From Phoronis australis (Eukaryota > Animalia > Phoronida): DNA of 64,000 nucleotides. Both the position numbers and the translations under genes were made by a program. The stretch covers positions 1,344,689-1,408,688 of the forward strand of contig NMRA01000023.1 of assembly GCA_002633005.1 (NCBI GenBank), written 5' to 3'. The notes under the pieces are model-generated. The model did no database searches, was not told where the DNA came from, and worked only from the letters and a program-made list of their open reading frames with translations. This document shows, piece after piece, positions 14,180 to 27,184 of the stretch (the stretch's first letter is position 1; every line of letters begins with the position of its first letter).

Positions 14180-15560
14180 GTAAGTGATGAGTTTGTGCCT
14201 GAAGTCATCCTAACCATCCGCCCCCTTCAGGCTATTTGGTAAATCGTTTCATTCTTCAATGGTATGAATAAAAAAGACTTGGACTATAACGAAGTTCTGT
14301 ACCTGGGGACAACAAAATGGTTTGAGGAAAGGAATCTGGTACTAATTTGGTGACTGTTTCGAACGAGCAATAAGTTATGAGATAAATAAGCTAGTACGTT
14401 ATTGTGAAAACATTTCTGCGCCACACACAAACGCAAGCTCAAACAGGCATACAGCGAACTTAGTTATTGGGCGTCACTGCTGACAAGACCGTTAGCTGGT
14501 GTAATCATATTAGTGGGACTGTGTACAAAAATTAGACAGCGTCTTGGCCTTGTCCGACGCATATCAACATTTGTTCCCACAAATGGGCGTCTGAAATAGC
14601 CAGATTAAGTTCAAGGTCACTTCTAACAAGACGCTGTCTGTGGCAATATTGATACATTTTGTTATTTCTGCATTAAATACAATTTTCTTATCAACACACC
14701 GGGTAGCAACTTTAACCAAATCAGACTGAAGTCGGTTCTTTACAGTGTCCGGTGAATTTTCGACAACAGATGAAGTAGAATCGTCAGCATCCATATAAAC
14801 TGCGTTATCGCAGACCAAAGACAGATCATTAATAAAAAAGTAGAAACATTAGATGAACCAGGATGGATCTCTGGGGGCACCGTGTGTAATAGCTCTGGAC
14901 TCGGACAAACGTCCAGAAAGGGATACAAACTGTCACCTTTCTGAGAGGAACGTTCTAAACCAATTTAAGGAATCCTTGCAAATCCTATGAACCGACAATT
15001 TATTTAAAAGTATCTAGTGATCAACAAGATTAAAAGGTTTCTTAAAACCCAAAAATACGACACCAACGTTGTGACCACTATCCACACCCTGAGCCCAGAC
15101 GTTAGCAATTGTTAGGACAGTTTCACAGGAGTGGTCACTTTTGAAATCGGGTTGATTGGAAACTATTAAGTCATGCTCAGTCAAAAATGAATAAAGAGTA
15201 TTGTGAACATGCTTTTCCAACAATTTGGATAAGACCGACAAACGTGAAATTGGTCTGTAGTAGTTTACATTGTCAGCAGCACCGCCTTTGTGTAAAGGGG
15301 CTATTTTTGAAAGATTCCACAAACTAGGAAAATTGGTGGTTTTATGCTCATGTAGTAAGCTCGTCATGAGCAAGTTTCATTATTTTGGAGCTGACACCAT
15401 CCACACCAAAGGTTTAATTTAAATCAAGACCATTTGTACTACATGGTCACCATTAATAGTCAGTCTAACTAAAATACCTGTTACATATTGCTATTTGGGA
15501 AGCCCATTCAAGTTGTTCTCAAAGTTAATAAAATAGTTATTGAATAGGTTAGCTGATTTC
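14180..15560 (-). mobile_element. 5'-truncated, decayed non-LTR retrotransposon (CR1/L2-group) ORF2 reverse transcriptase fragment
   Basis: Motifs on the minus strand: FNNYF..GVDGVSSKIMK; FPSLW..KIAPLHKGG..NYYRPISRLSVLSKLLEKHV..HSCET..VFLGFKKPFNLVDH (15014-15373); VPQRSIL..FLLFINDL; MDADDST (YADD-like); C-terminal VPRYRTS..SFF..TIEE*NDLP near 14240. Confidence 0.9.
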
Positions 15561-16043
15561 TATATTATGTGAATACATGTAGTTGGTTCATGCGTTCATG
15601 ACTCTCTCTAAAAGGTTCCCATCTTACCGTGTCAACTCTCTAAATATGCTGCTTATCCCGTCAAAATAGTGAAGTGTGTCGTCATCGATTATCATTTTAT
15701 GAAGCACTCAGTTCTGGGAAACTTAGTAATCGATGGCGACATTTGTGCACGACGGACGTGATCGCGTTTTCACACTTTGATTAAAGTTCGTGACTTAGAC
15801 TGAGTGGTACTTGGCTTTTGTGCAGATACATTTCCCACTCTTTATGTTCTGCCGTACGTAGGCTTTTAACGAGTAGGAGAGAACAGTTGTTCTGGTCGTT
15901 GTTCATTCATAGAAATCACAACAGCTTGTCTTCAGCCTATCGATTACGTCTTGTTGGTCATTGTACATGGCCTTGCCAGTGTGTTACTGCAGTTTAGATT
16001 TGAAGTAGCTGGCACTAGAATTCTCAGCCGAGCAAATTATCCC

Positions 16044-16565
16044 CCCAGGGGGTTCACTACTCGACTTTACATTTTACCAGGTTTTAGATGGAAGATTAAG
16101 ATACCAACCATTTAGAAAGTGGACTCGAAAACGGACCCACTTGTAGGGATTTTGCAGGAGTTTATCCCAAAAACTTTGTTGTGCGCGGGTTAACTCCATA
16201 AACCTAACTGTAAGGTAGGATATTCTTAGGCAGCTGGTTTTTAAGGTATTGAGAGCGAGACAAGAACAGGTGCCATGTTGTTGAAAATTAGTATACATCT
16301 TTTGCAAGAAAACTTTTAAAGACATGGATAATGTTAAAAAGCCTCATGTTCACGTGTATACCTGGAAAGTGGAACTTTTGTAAAGTTTCGAACTCCCAAG
16401 TGACTGAGTCATTTTGTAGTGTATTTTGTCGGAAAATATATCCTTTCGTCGAGAATTTTGCCAGACTACGAAAATCAAACTTTTATAAACAAACCTATTA
16501 TGAAAAATGAAGTCCTCGCAGGGGTGCACGTTCAGTACACCTTTTTCATGACAGTAACCCCCGGG
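16044..16565. mobile_element. CCC...GGG-terminated non-autonomous element (EnSpm-like class)
   Basis: Left end cccagggggttcact, right end agtaacccccggg. A similar start occurs near 30189. The superfamily is inferred only from the termini. Confidence 0.4.
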
Positions 16566-16948
16566 AATTTATCAACTACGGGTGATCTGGTGTTGATGAC
16601 AGAAGAATCCTTTCATTCGTATTGTCTCTGACACTGTGGGCTTTTAATCAGTTGCGGGTAGCAACGTCACAATATTGACAAATTTATCACCATGTTCATA
16701 AAATGTTGACGTGCGCAACATCGCACAATAAGGCTAAAGGATGAAAACGGCAAATGATGTCATTGGACGTTCATGTAGTCAGGAAAATCTTACTTTAACA
16801 TAGCATTTTGACAGCAGTGACATTGCCCTAAAATCATGAGACTGCAACACCGTCACTTAACTATTTATACTATATTTTACCTTTCCACACTGTTGCATCG
16901 TCAAACGTTTTCTCTCTATCGTCCTATTGGCAACTTTTTATTATAAAT

Positions 16949-17182
16949 CATGCGCGCACACAAGGGGGGTGGGGCTCGTTGAGCTCAAACGAGCACCCCT
17001 GTTGAGGAAGGAGTGGGCAAAAAGGTCCGCTTCAGAGAAAACGAGACAAAAGTCCACTAAAAAGGCGCGAATGCACAATTCAAAGCTCTGAACGTACGTG
17101 GTACCCCGTTTTTTCAGTCTCCCGACGTTTTTTTAACAAAAGGTGCCAAAAATTCGAGCCCCGTTTGTTTTAGGCGCGCATG
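16949..17182 (+). mobile_element. CATG-terminated MITE family, copy A
   Basis: TIR catgcgcgc..gcgcgcatg. The internal gggcaaaaaggtccgc..aaacgagacaaaagtccactaaaaa recurs inverted at 40010-40090 and 9680-9710. Confidence 0.7.
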
Positions 17183-17444
17183 TAAAAACCGTTAATTTCT
17201 ACGCACACACCGCTTGTTGCTATTTCATTGGCACTGTATCCACGCCACAATGTCGTTCGTTACCTGTCTAGGTCAGCTCAAGTGCACTTGCAGCCTTATC
17301 TCTTGAAAATACAATGCGTTCTATCTCAACAAAAGGGAAAGTTGAATACGAACGTGGCAACTACTTTGGCGTTTTGATCGTAGCTTTGTAGACGGTGACA
17401 GTACAATGTAATTATTTTCCATATCCCTTTAGGTTTCGCAGGAC

Positions 17445-17600
17445 CATACGTCCAAATTTTGCTAACTTCGGAACATCGTACAGCTCTCAGAAACGGTTAA
17501 GTGAATTCACATGAAACATTCAGATACTATGATTTATGCACTGTTCTTTGTTAGGAATTATTTTTGAAACGATACATTTCCACGAGCGGATATCAAAAAT
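17445..17600. repeat. Dispersed repeat, inverted homolog at about 37820-37965
   Basis: ccaaattttgctaacttcggaacatc..ttcacatgaaac..gata.tat..tttat.ca.tgttct..ttaggaa aligns with the reverse complement of 37820-37965. Confidence 0.55.
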
Positions 17601-17618
17601 AGAACTTTTATGAAAAAA

Positions 17619-17880
17619 ATTAAAGGCGCATACAACGTTAACGAAATAATGTTTTAGAAAACTGTAACACGGTTTTTGAGATATCACACTGAACATTTTT
17701 ATCAAATAAATTTTATATGGTTGTTTTTCTATCAATGCACCTTTCTTGTCTGTTTTAATTAAAGTACTTAACCCGATTAATAATAGAATGATAAAAAGTC
17801 AAAAAACAACAAATTCTGCGTGCTTTTTACTTTCAAAAATATATACTTTTACTAAGTTAAACTCTATAGTTTTGCAGATA
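17619..17880 (+). repeat. Dispersed repeat family (diverged copy at about 29735-30000), starting at TTAA-AGG
   Basis: Both copies share aacgaaat.at...agaaaactgtaaca....tgagat.tca..aacatttttatcaa and aagtcaaaaa.ca..ttct..tactttca. Confidence 0.6.
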
Positions 17881-20874
17881 TTAGTGACTAAATCCGCAAA
17901 CCTGTAATTAAGGTCCTACATAACTTTCAGCACAACACTACTCCTCCGCAAGATTACGGCACTAAATGAACCCCCTTATTAAAACAAGTACGCTGCTAGC
18001 ATTTTGACGTGTGTGTGTACTTGAAGGAAATTGCAGTACTTGGTTGTTTTAACGTCTCACTCATTTTCTTTAGTGCGGCCAGGTTTGCTTGCATCCGAAT
18101 CTCGTGGTTTGTGTTTACAACTTCTTGCTTGCCGATACATCATCGAGGTGTCTGGATTTGCTCGTACTTGTCAATTTTGTGTACATTACCGAACATTCAA
18201 ATTTACGAAAATTCTACACCAATTAAGCTAATTTGTTGAAATTAGCATTGCAAGACCTCCTCTGATGCTGGCGTGAACTGTGTCAGCTGGAAGACCCGGC
18301 ATTGTTAATTGCGCCTTCAGTTACATATGACATTCTTTCAAATTTCTAGAGCTTCTGTTTACAGCGCTGCATCACTACTCCATGTATAATAAGACTGTAC
18401 TTAACTGAGATTGGGCTGTTTTCTCTGATGTGTTTCAACATTTTTCACAGGCCTCTCCTGATATTGGTGGTAAACTAAATGGTCTTAATTTTTACTAACG
18501 AGTCTCTATCCTACCTTCAGATGCGAACATGCTAGATTGACAATTATTGACAGTAACCTAATTCCAGAAAATTAACAGCTCCAGATGAAAGGTTACATTC
18601 TGACGTTGTGTAACGCGTTCCGGTATCCCGGTATGCGCAGCACGTGGATACAAAGATCACATCTGTTTTATCCGTTCTTTGAAACGATTTCATACAAGGC
18701 GCGTTGTTTTCACCAGAGTAGAAATCAAGCAGGGTACCTGAACTACGCTGCTCCCACAGTCGCAAACGTTGTTCCTTAGCACCAAACACGGTCACGACCT
18801 GTAGTGGCCGGACTCACAAAACATGACTTCCTCACCTAAAAGGTACGTCTCATGGAATCATATACAATGAGACATCTGGACAAAATTTGCTCTTTTACAC
18901 CTGTTACAACCAATGTCACAAGTTTGTAATTATGCCATTATCAAAATATTTAAGACGGTGTGCGTGTGCGTGTGCGTGTGTGTGCAGTAAGCCCATTGAA
19001 ATTGCCGATAATATTTGTCGAACTCTAGTGACTTGTAAGGGAAGTCTCGCTTTCACGAAATCCACCACATGGCCAGTATCATTTCGTTAACCCCCGCTAC
19101 AAAGAACAAGTTTTAAATCATTGTACTTAAAGCTTATAATATCATTAAAATCACTGGCAGGCGAAGTCGGATCTGAGAAAAAACCAGCAAACTTCACGAA
19201 TAGTGTGAAAGATTCTACGTGCAAACACCGTTTCAACGTTCACGTACTGATGAGATAGTTTTTCTTAAAGGAGCTCGACACAGGTCGCCAAAAACGTAAA
19301 TTAGGCGTTGTTTTACGAAATTGACAAATTTATGGGCTTGTTTAGTATGACGTTTTTTGGCCCAGTCAAAATCAAAAGGCCAAATTTAAAAACAATAATA
19401 TTAACTGGGCCAAATTTTGCGTTGCAGTTTAATTTAGTAAGAACTAGTTGCTAGGCTGCGCACGTGGTAAATCTTAATCCTTGTCAAGCCATCAGGAGTG
19501 TACAACGTGTGCAGCCGTTGGCGGAACACACCGATTAGTCCAAACACATAATTTTGTAAACGTTTCAAGTACCAAACAGCCCTCGGGATTGCCTGAATAG
19601 GATAAAATATCAAGACGTGTCAACGTGATATGAGTTTGCATTTCAATTCCTATTTACGGGTCCAGATCGCGTCATAAAAGTGCCAGATACGACACAACTA
19701 AACATCATGTGTTTTTCAGTTTAATTAATGGATTATTTACTTCTAAAAATGAGTTGAGTTTTGTTAATTTGGCGCTTGGTGAGAGTGCGCAACATCAAAT
19801 TTCACAATGACGTCACACTAAACAATGGAAAACCAAAGCGTAGACATTAGATGTGACTTCATTCGAACGGTAATTTCTATCTTTAATGAAGAAACTTCTT
19901 CTCTCAGATTTTTCCTATTAACAAAATCGTTGGAAAAGTATAAAATAATAGCCAGCTAGTGAAATACAGTGAAGTAATGGTGATTTCGAGCGCGAGAAGG
20001 TCAGATTGTTCATTCCTATATGACGTTGTTTACTGTAAATGAACTTCTGAATGTTGAGTACCTCAAATTTTAGCGTTTTGTCTTCTACACAAAAAGTTTT
20101 CTTCACCTTCTTCATCTTCATCTGCTTCTTTTTCTCAATCTTCGCCAAGGTTTCAATCCTATGACAGTAATGAATCTTGATTACCACGGCAATTTTATGA
20201 GAGTAAAAGCCCTGTTTAATGCCATTTCCGGTTTTAGTCTGAGCGAAATGCAGCTTTAACAAAAAATTAAAATGTTGAAATTATGTAAGAGACTTCAAAG
20301 TCAATGCGATCCTTTGGCAAGCTGACACAATAGTACGAATATTCTGTTATAAATCTAAGTTCGTTCCACTTAACTATAGATAAGTCACGTGATGTGACCT
20401 ACAGATGGCGTTTAAGAGTCTCTTAATAGATCTTGTTCATTCCACATAAACGCACTGATTTACATCGGCACATGCACATACATTCATAAATTTGCCGAAG
20501 TTGCCTCCTATTGGATGTTTGTATTCTACCGATGAATCAGTGGTTAAAGTGCATTTGCATGGATTGCAAGAAAGTTCTGACTTTGAGCCCCGGTAGGGAC
20601 AGAGTTCTTTACAGATTGACTATAGGTCAACTGATGTGACCAAAATTTTAGGTGTAAAAACAAATAATCCGTGACACAATAATACAGAGGATTTACCTCA
20701 CGCGACGATCTGGAGAAATAAATGCATTTGTTCGTCCTTACTTACCTTTAGAACTCCCTAATACTATATGAACACGTCTAGATCGAACACGAGGCACAGT
20801 GCTCTTCACTGAAGTTTCAAAACTCACACTCATTTTTACCCTGCCTCGAAACTTTTCTATGCCAAAAAGTCACT

Positions 20875-23800
20875 GAACGGGTCAGTTTATGACAAATGGC
20901 CACCCTACCTACAACAAATTGCAAAAAAAGGTTCTGGAGTGGTTTTATGCCCTACTGGGTATACTTATAAATAAGAAAAAAGTATAACAAAGTCTGACCA
21001 CCGGAAATGGGTTGAAGCTGGATCATTTCCAAGATGGCCGCCACGACGCTTCGAAATCACTTAAAATAGATATAACTTCTTCAATAATTGTGATAGAGAC
21101 ATAATTTTTGGTTTTAGTCTATGGTTTTAAGGGGTGAGAAACTCACTGGTATGGTTAACATTCAGATATGACCAGTATTTGATATAAAATTCAAGATGGC
21201 GGCTAAAATTCAAAATCGAAAAAAATCACTGATTTACTCATTATTTAATATCTTATCCCCTACAACGAAAGTATGATTAGATGTGAGTGGTTTCTGATTG
21301 AATGATCTTAAAACATTTAGATGTGACTAAATTCTGACTGAATTATTTCAAAATATGAACATTGCATTAATATTTCAAGCTGTCAAATATTTAATCCAAA
21401 GCATAAAAGTCACAAAAAATTGTGTAGTGTATATTTGTTTGCCACTGGTTTTTATTTAAAAAATCCACACGAGTAAACTAGAAGACAAGCGCAAAATGTC
21501 AACATATGTCTGAAATTCTACACAACCAGCGCCGCAATTGCGCAGATCATCGAAAATCTTGAGAAGAAGTCTGAACTTAGTACAAAGTCCAAACGAGTCA
21601 CATGTGGCTTGGTTATCAGAAGATGCTCCATATTGTTCGGGCCATGATCAAGACGCATCGTACTCGGTCTTGGAATGATCACTTGCACGCTGTTGGTGAT
21701 GCCTTGCCAACATTCGCTGCAGCTGGACCCCACAACTATCTGAAGTCTGCTTACCTCTACATACAAGAAATGGCTGATATGGAAAGCAAACATCCAGATG
21801 TGTATGCGAAGTTTCAAAAATAGCTTTTATGTGATTCGGCGAACAAACCAGTTTTGGACAGGCCTCAGCTGTGATCTAACTATTGAACAAACACTAACGC
21901 GATCGCTAAAATTCATGGCAGTAAGATGACAGAGGAGCAGTGAACATTGTGGACAAAATCGGCCCCTTTTACGTCAGAGGTGAACATCACCTTGCATGAC
22001 TCCAATGTCCTCACGTACACAACAAGCGAACAACACAACTGGTGCCAGAATTGAAAGAGGTGCATGCGACCTTGTGAAGATAAGCATGAAGCTGGCCGCA
22101 TTTTCACGCTTCTCTTCAGACCCTTTGCTACGCAATGTCATCAATGGTGTTGTCGCTAACGCAGACGTCAACGTGCATGAATATGAATCTGTTGGGAACA
22201 AAATCATTGAGAGAATTGTCCAACAACCCTTGTTTTCTTTCTCTGTTAAGAGGAGAGAGAATTCAAAGCTAAGACCCTAGAAAACGCAGCTGCTGTCCAG
22301 GTTGGTCCTTACAGAACCATTGATCATACCTTGCTCTTCGAGCAATCCTTGTGATATCCCGGTGAGATGACTTGTCTCTTGAGAAAGTAGAGTTTCGAGC
22401 TCAGTCCATTCCCACAGTCCTTCTTTGAAGACAACCTGTTCTTGAGGAAGGCTGACAAACCTCAACTGGCTCAAGCCGTTTATGACCACTGTTCCAAGGT
22501 TCATGCAAGTAAAGGAGCACCAGACTCCACACCTTCAGTACGCCTCCAGACTGAAAGGTAAGTGCTTGATGAGGGATCCTTGCTGCACAAGCTCAAATGG
22601 AAGAAAGGGGAGACGTACATGTATGGAAAAATTCCCGGAGTATAATCTGACTTCAGCGCAAAGCACTATGAGGCAGCCACTTTTGTCTTTGATGGCTATG
22701 ATGCAGGTGCAGAGACGGAGACATACCAGCAGCTATCCGACTGTGAACTTCACCGGAGAAATGGAATTTGATGCTTAAGAGAGATTAATTCCTGTCCATT
22801 GGCAACAACTGACCGCCTATAAATGACCAGCTGCAGAAAGTGGAATGCACAGTCGTTCAGACAGAAGAGAACGCTGGTGTGGACGTTGCAAAGACAGCAG
22901 TAAACAGTACAATTATGCATTCCACCACGGGATGCCTAATCGGCGAGGACATTGACCTGTTGAGGCTTATGCTCCATTACTGTATGGCTGACGGGAAACC
23001 ACTATTTTTCAGATCAGACAACCAGTCAAGAACCAATCTGAAAGTATACGACATAAATTGGATGAAGTGCATGCACAGGATTAAGTTGTGTACCCAGCTA
23101 CTACCCCTGCACTCCTTCACAGGATGCAACTCAACGTCTCGTGCATATGGCCTTGGGAAGAAATCAGTCTCTCAGAAACTCGTGAAAGATGACCAAGTCC
23201 TGCAGTCGGACGCAGACACATTCACTAAGAAAGGTGTGATTCCCGATGAAGTAGAGAAATTTGGCAGGCAAGCGATGGTCGCAATGTTTGGTGGAGGGAA
23301 CACGTGTTCTCTGGTTGCCATGCATTACAACATATTCACGAAAAGGTTGCTGCACCTAATTGTCTCGTTGCTCCCGAACGTCTTCCACCAACGGAATCAG
23401 CCACCAGGTTCCATTGCCTCGAGTGTACTACCAGGTCATGGTTTGGTTGGGGATGACAAATGACCTGGATCCTTTAGACTTGGACTGGAGACTTGTAGAC
23501 AATCGACTCATACCCTTCATGACTGCCATGAATGCTGCACCAGACACTCCTGAAGATGATACACTGCAACTGTGCCACACCTTGTAGTACGCCCCGTTGC
23601 AGTTGCAGAAAGAAGGGGCTTGTATGTATATCTACATGTGGATTGTACCTAGCGACATATTATGACAATCCGCTAATTCAAGTTTCTGAGGAACTTAAAG
23701 ACAGTGAGGAGGATTGAATTGAGGCAGTACGTGTAATGAACACAACATTCTTGGATGAAAATATATTACCTAATCGTTCATGCGTCACGTCGACGAATAA

Positions 23801-24686
23801 ATATTTTACAGGCACCTGGGATTCAGTCATTTTGATACTGTCAGATATCTTTTAAGTAAAGAAGAAGTTTTGTAGGTTTACGATACTGAGCATAATACAA
23901 CCTATATCTTGGTACACATTTGCTGTCTGCGCATTCCAAACTATGTAGTTCATTAGATTGCAGTCAAGATTTTGTGTAAAACATGTTGTAATTAACCCCA
24001 GTCAGCTCGTTCTCAACACTTGGAAACACCATCTTTACTTCGCAAAATTTATCACCCACCAACATAACATTTTTATGACACAACCCTTGAAAACATACTC
24101 CTGAGTAAATTGATTGTTAAGTATCACCATCCTTGATGATGTCACTTTGTATAATTATGTAGATTAATGTTGTATTGACTTTTTTCAATTACAAAGTATC
24201 TTTCCTGTCCTGGATCGAAAACACAGTGTATCATTATAACTTTCATAGTGTACTGACAATAAATTAATATGCAGATGTGCAGAATTTCGTGCAATTTCAC
24301 TGAACGTTTTCGAAACAATAATGGTTAAAATTTGAAACTTTCTTTGGCCACCCGATATAATGCGATTTTTCGCTCTTGAATTTTAGCCGTCATCTTGAAT
24401 TTCATATCAAATACTGACCATGTCTGAATTTTAACCATACCAGTGATCTGTTAACCCCGTAAAACCATCGACTAGAAGCAAAATATATCAATTATCGAAG
24501 ATGTTACATCTGTTTTTAGTGATTTCGAAACGTCGTGGCGGCCATCTTGGAAATGTCCCAGTTTTGCCCCATTTTCGGTGGTCAGATTTTGCTAGACTTT
24601 TTTCCTGTTAATAAGTATACCCAGTAGGACACTTTAAAGCCTTTTGTTGCAATTTGTTGTGGGTCAGGTGGTATATTGACTCGTTA
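20875..24686 (+). mobile_element. Academ-superfamily (XPG-nuclease type) DNA transposon, internally deleted and decayed, with ~340-bp terminal inverted repeats
   Basis: 20876-21228 and 24364-24685 are reverse-complement copies, e.g. cctactgggtatacttat / ataagtatacccagtagg and tttccaagatggccgccacgacg / cgtcgtggcggccatcttggaaa. They enclose a frameshifted transposase-XPG-Cys-rich ORF. Confidence 0.8.
21520..23717 (+). pseudogene. C-terminal half of an Academ transposase: DDE-core end, XPG/FEN1-like nuclease and Cys-rich (CXC) tail, with many frameshifts and stops
   Basis: The fragments join across frames: MIKTHRTRSWNDHLHAV..LPTFAAAGPHNYLKSAYLYIQEM; VIRRTNQFWTGLSCDLTIEQTLTRSLK; FVFDGY; GEDIDLL; LHSFTGCNSTSRAYGLGKK (H3TH-like); RVYYQVMVWLG..LDP.DW; IHCNCATPCSTPRCSCRKKGLVCISTCG. 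Confidence 0.8.
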
Positions 24687-27040
24687 ACACACAAATGGCT
24701 TTCGCGAGAAGATCGCCATTTGAAGTAAAGCATCCCACGAGTAAATACTGAAACATTAGTATTGAGCAGCCCACACGCGCATGAAAGGGTCGATGTACCA
24801 GAGCTTAGAAATAATTTTCAGAAAATATCTCAGTAACTGATAGTTATGTGCATAGTCTCAAAGACTTTGGACTTTTTGCTTAAGTGAGGTTTAATGATTT
24901 TTCAGAAATTTTTGTGTGGAGTGTAAGACAAAATCTCGGACTTAAGTTTTAAGTCACTTTTGACGAAATACAAGCCAGGTCAACTCAAGGTCACAAGTTA
25001 AACGAATACAAATCATTTAATATCAGTTAAGGGGTTGCACTACGCGGTCAAGACACGAGCACTTTTACTTCACCTGGTCTTGAAGTCTTTGAGAAGAGCA
25101 GTTGGGCTCAATTTAGTGATACGTTGTATATCGACGTTCGCCTCATTATCACATTTTTACTCCTTCACATAGGTTTCATGGGCTTTTAACAATTGAATGA
25201 GAGTGTAAATTATGCTTACAATGCTTGTCAATGTTGTTATTCTGTTTGTTTTGCTATACTTGAATTTTCTCGCGTCCCTCACAATCTCACATGCATACAA
25301 CTTACTGTGCCACTTTGGAGCTAGTGGGCTTTCCAGGGACCGCCTATTAGCACAGAGGTCATCATGCATTTATAGATAACCTCTGAAATAAGTGTTGTCG
25401 GTATGATAATAATCTGAATGTTCCATAGGCGAATTTACAGCCGGGGGTCTCAGGCTCCACCCCCCAATGGACACGACCAAAAAGAAAACACCGTCTGAGG
25501 TAATGCGAACATTTACCGTCAAAATTGTGGTTGCCCCCTCCCCTCCCCCTCCTTACGGCATTCTAGATCCACCAATGAGACGTGTTTTAGAATGCACTCG
25601 TTTCAGTTTTCTCGTAAAATTCTCTTTCATTTGGCCAGCTCACAAAACTGTAGATTATTGGACTAGTGGAGAACGATTTGCCTTTCAATTTTTACATGTC
25701 TGCATTTAACTTGAAATCACATAATTATCATGAGAGTGGCGAATGATAAACATATTTTTGATTTAAAATAGTAATTAGCTGCACGATAAAAATGGGACAA
25801 GTGCTCTCTTGACCGGAAGCATGCCATCGGGTGACTTCAGCAGATCACAGAGGGCACTAGTGATTATTGGAAGTGCCAGTACCTTCGTTATGAGAGCAGT
25901 CATGCGGGTGGTAGTCCCCATCTCTGTCGTTCTGATCTGAAGATGATGGCTTGAACACGTGTCAGGTGCTGATCACCCCGCCTTACAGGTAACTAATGAT
26001 AGATAACCTGTCGACGTTTAATGGGTGATTAATTGATAATCCAAGAAACACACTGCGCGGGATCTAATTGCGACTCTCGTCGGTCAGGGGGAAAGTGCCT
26101 TCACAACTGCTCTCAAAATAGTTCGATTAATTTGCGGCTTTGTGCACACCCTGCAGTGGGAGAGATTAACGCCACTCCAATGATAGTAACCGGCAGATGT
26201 CGCGACATACAACACAGGTATCCAAGCGAGGGTGCGAATAAATACCGTGTCTGGTATTTAATCCCTAGAACCGGCGGAAACTCTGATGTCGTTCCTTGAG
26301 AAGAGTTAGTGACAAAGGTGAGGGGAATTGTGAAGGAGTTGTGACAGACCTGACGTTTGCTAATGAGAAAGTGAATTAGTCGAAAGATTAGGACCACTCG
26401 CGCTAACTTTTTCATCACTCAGTCTAATCTTGATATGTCACACTTCGTTTTAGGAACGAAGACGGATTTTCGGAATTATTCTTGGTTGTGATAGACTTCT
26501 TGAAGTTATTAGCTTTGACAAGAGCCTTAAAGCAACGCAATCCCGACGTTTTGAGATTTCATTATGAATCGCTGTTTGTTGCTAGTCAGTCGCTGAAGTC
26601 GAGACCGGTGACTTAATCCGTTCAATACGCTAAAAATTTTCGTCTACTTGTCGTGTCAGGTTTTACGTCGCTTGCAAGCGTCGGACTTCCCGTTAAGTGG
26701 TGAGTTCGAATCCGCCTTGGGTTGGTCTAAAAAACGCATTTTGTTGCCGAATGTACCACTTGACATGGGATGTTTCATACCGACCCCATCTGTCCTTTTG
26801 ACTTTTGAACTCTGAACCACTTTGTTGCTGAAGCAGGGGATATGCTGCTTAAGACCCTCGTTCACATTTATGGTTTCCATTTTCATTCCATAGCAAATGT
26901 TTTTCACGCTCTAAGGTTTGATTTGCGTTCCATGTAACAATAAAAAGTCACAAATTATGAAGAATAAAGACACTGCGTAATGTACCAATGCCAAATGACT
27001 TATCAAAGAAAGTGAAGTGCACTTTTTACATGGTTCAATT

Positions 27041-27184
27041 CATGGGCGGGGCAGCACTGAAAAAAGTGGGGCTAAAGCCCCCTCAGCCCCTCTGTGGTGC
27101 ACCGCCTATAGACCAGGTGCGGCGTAGCACTGAAAAAGTGGGGGCTATTACCCCCCCCCAGCCCCCTATGGTGCGCCGCCCATG
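27041..27184. mobile_element. Small MITE present as a head-to-tail dimer
   Basis: TIR catgggcgg.gca / tgcgccgcccatg. Two ~70-bp units each contain agcactgaaaaa.gtgggg.cta...cccc.cagcccc.....tggtgc.ccgcc. Confidence 0.65.

Noticed and set aside
25937-25966. CTGAAGA-TGA..TT-GAACACGTGTC hammerhead-like string
   Set aside because: The GAAA box is missing an A, stem II is 2 weak pairs and stem I does not form.
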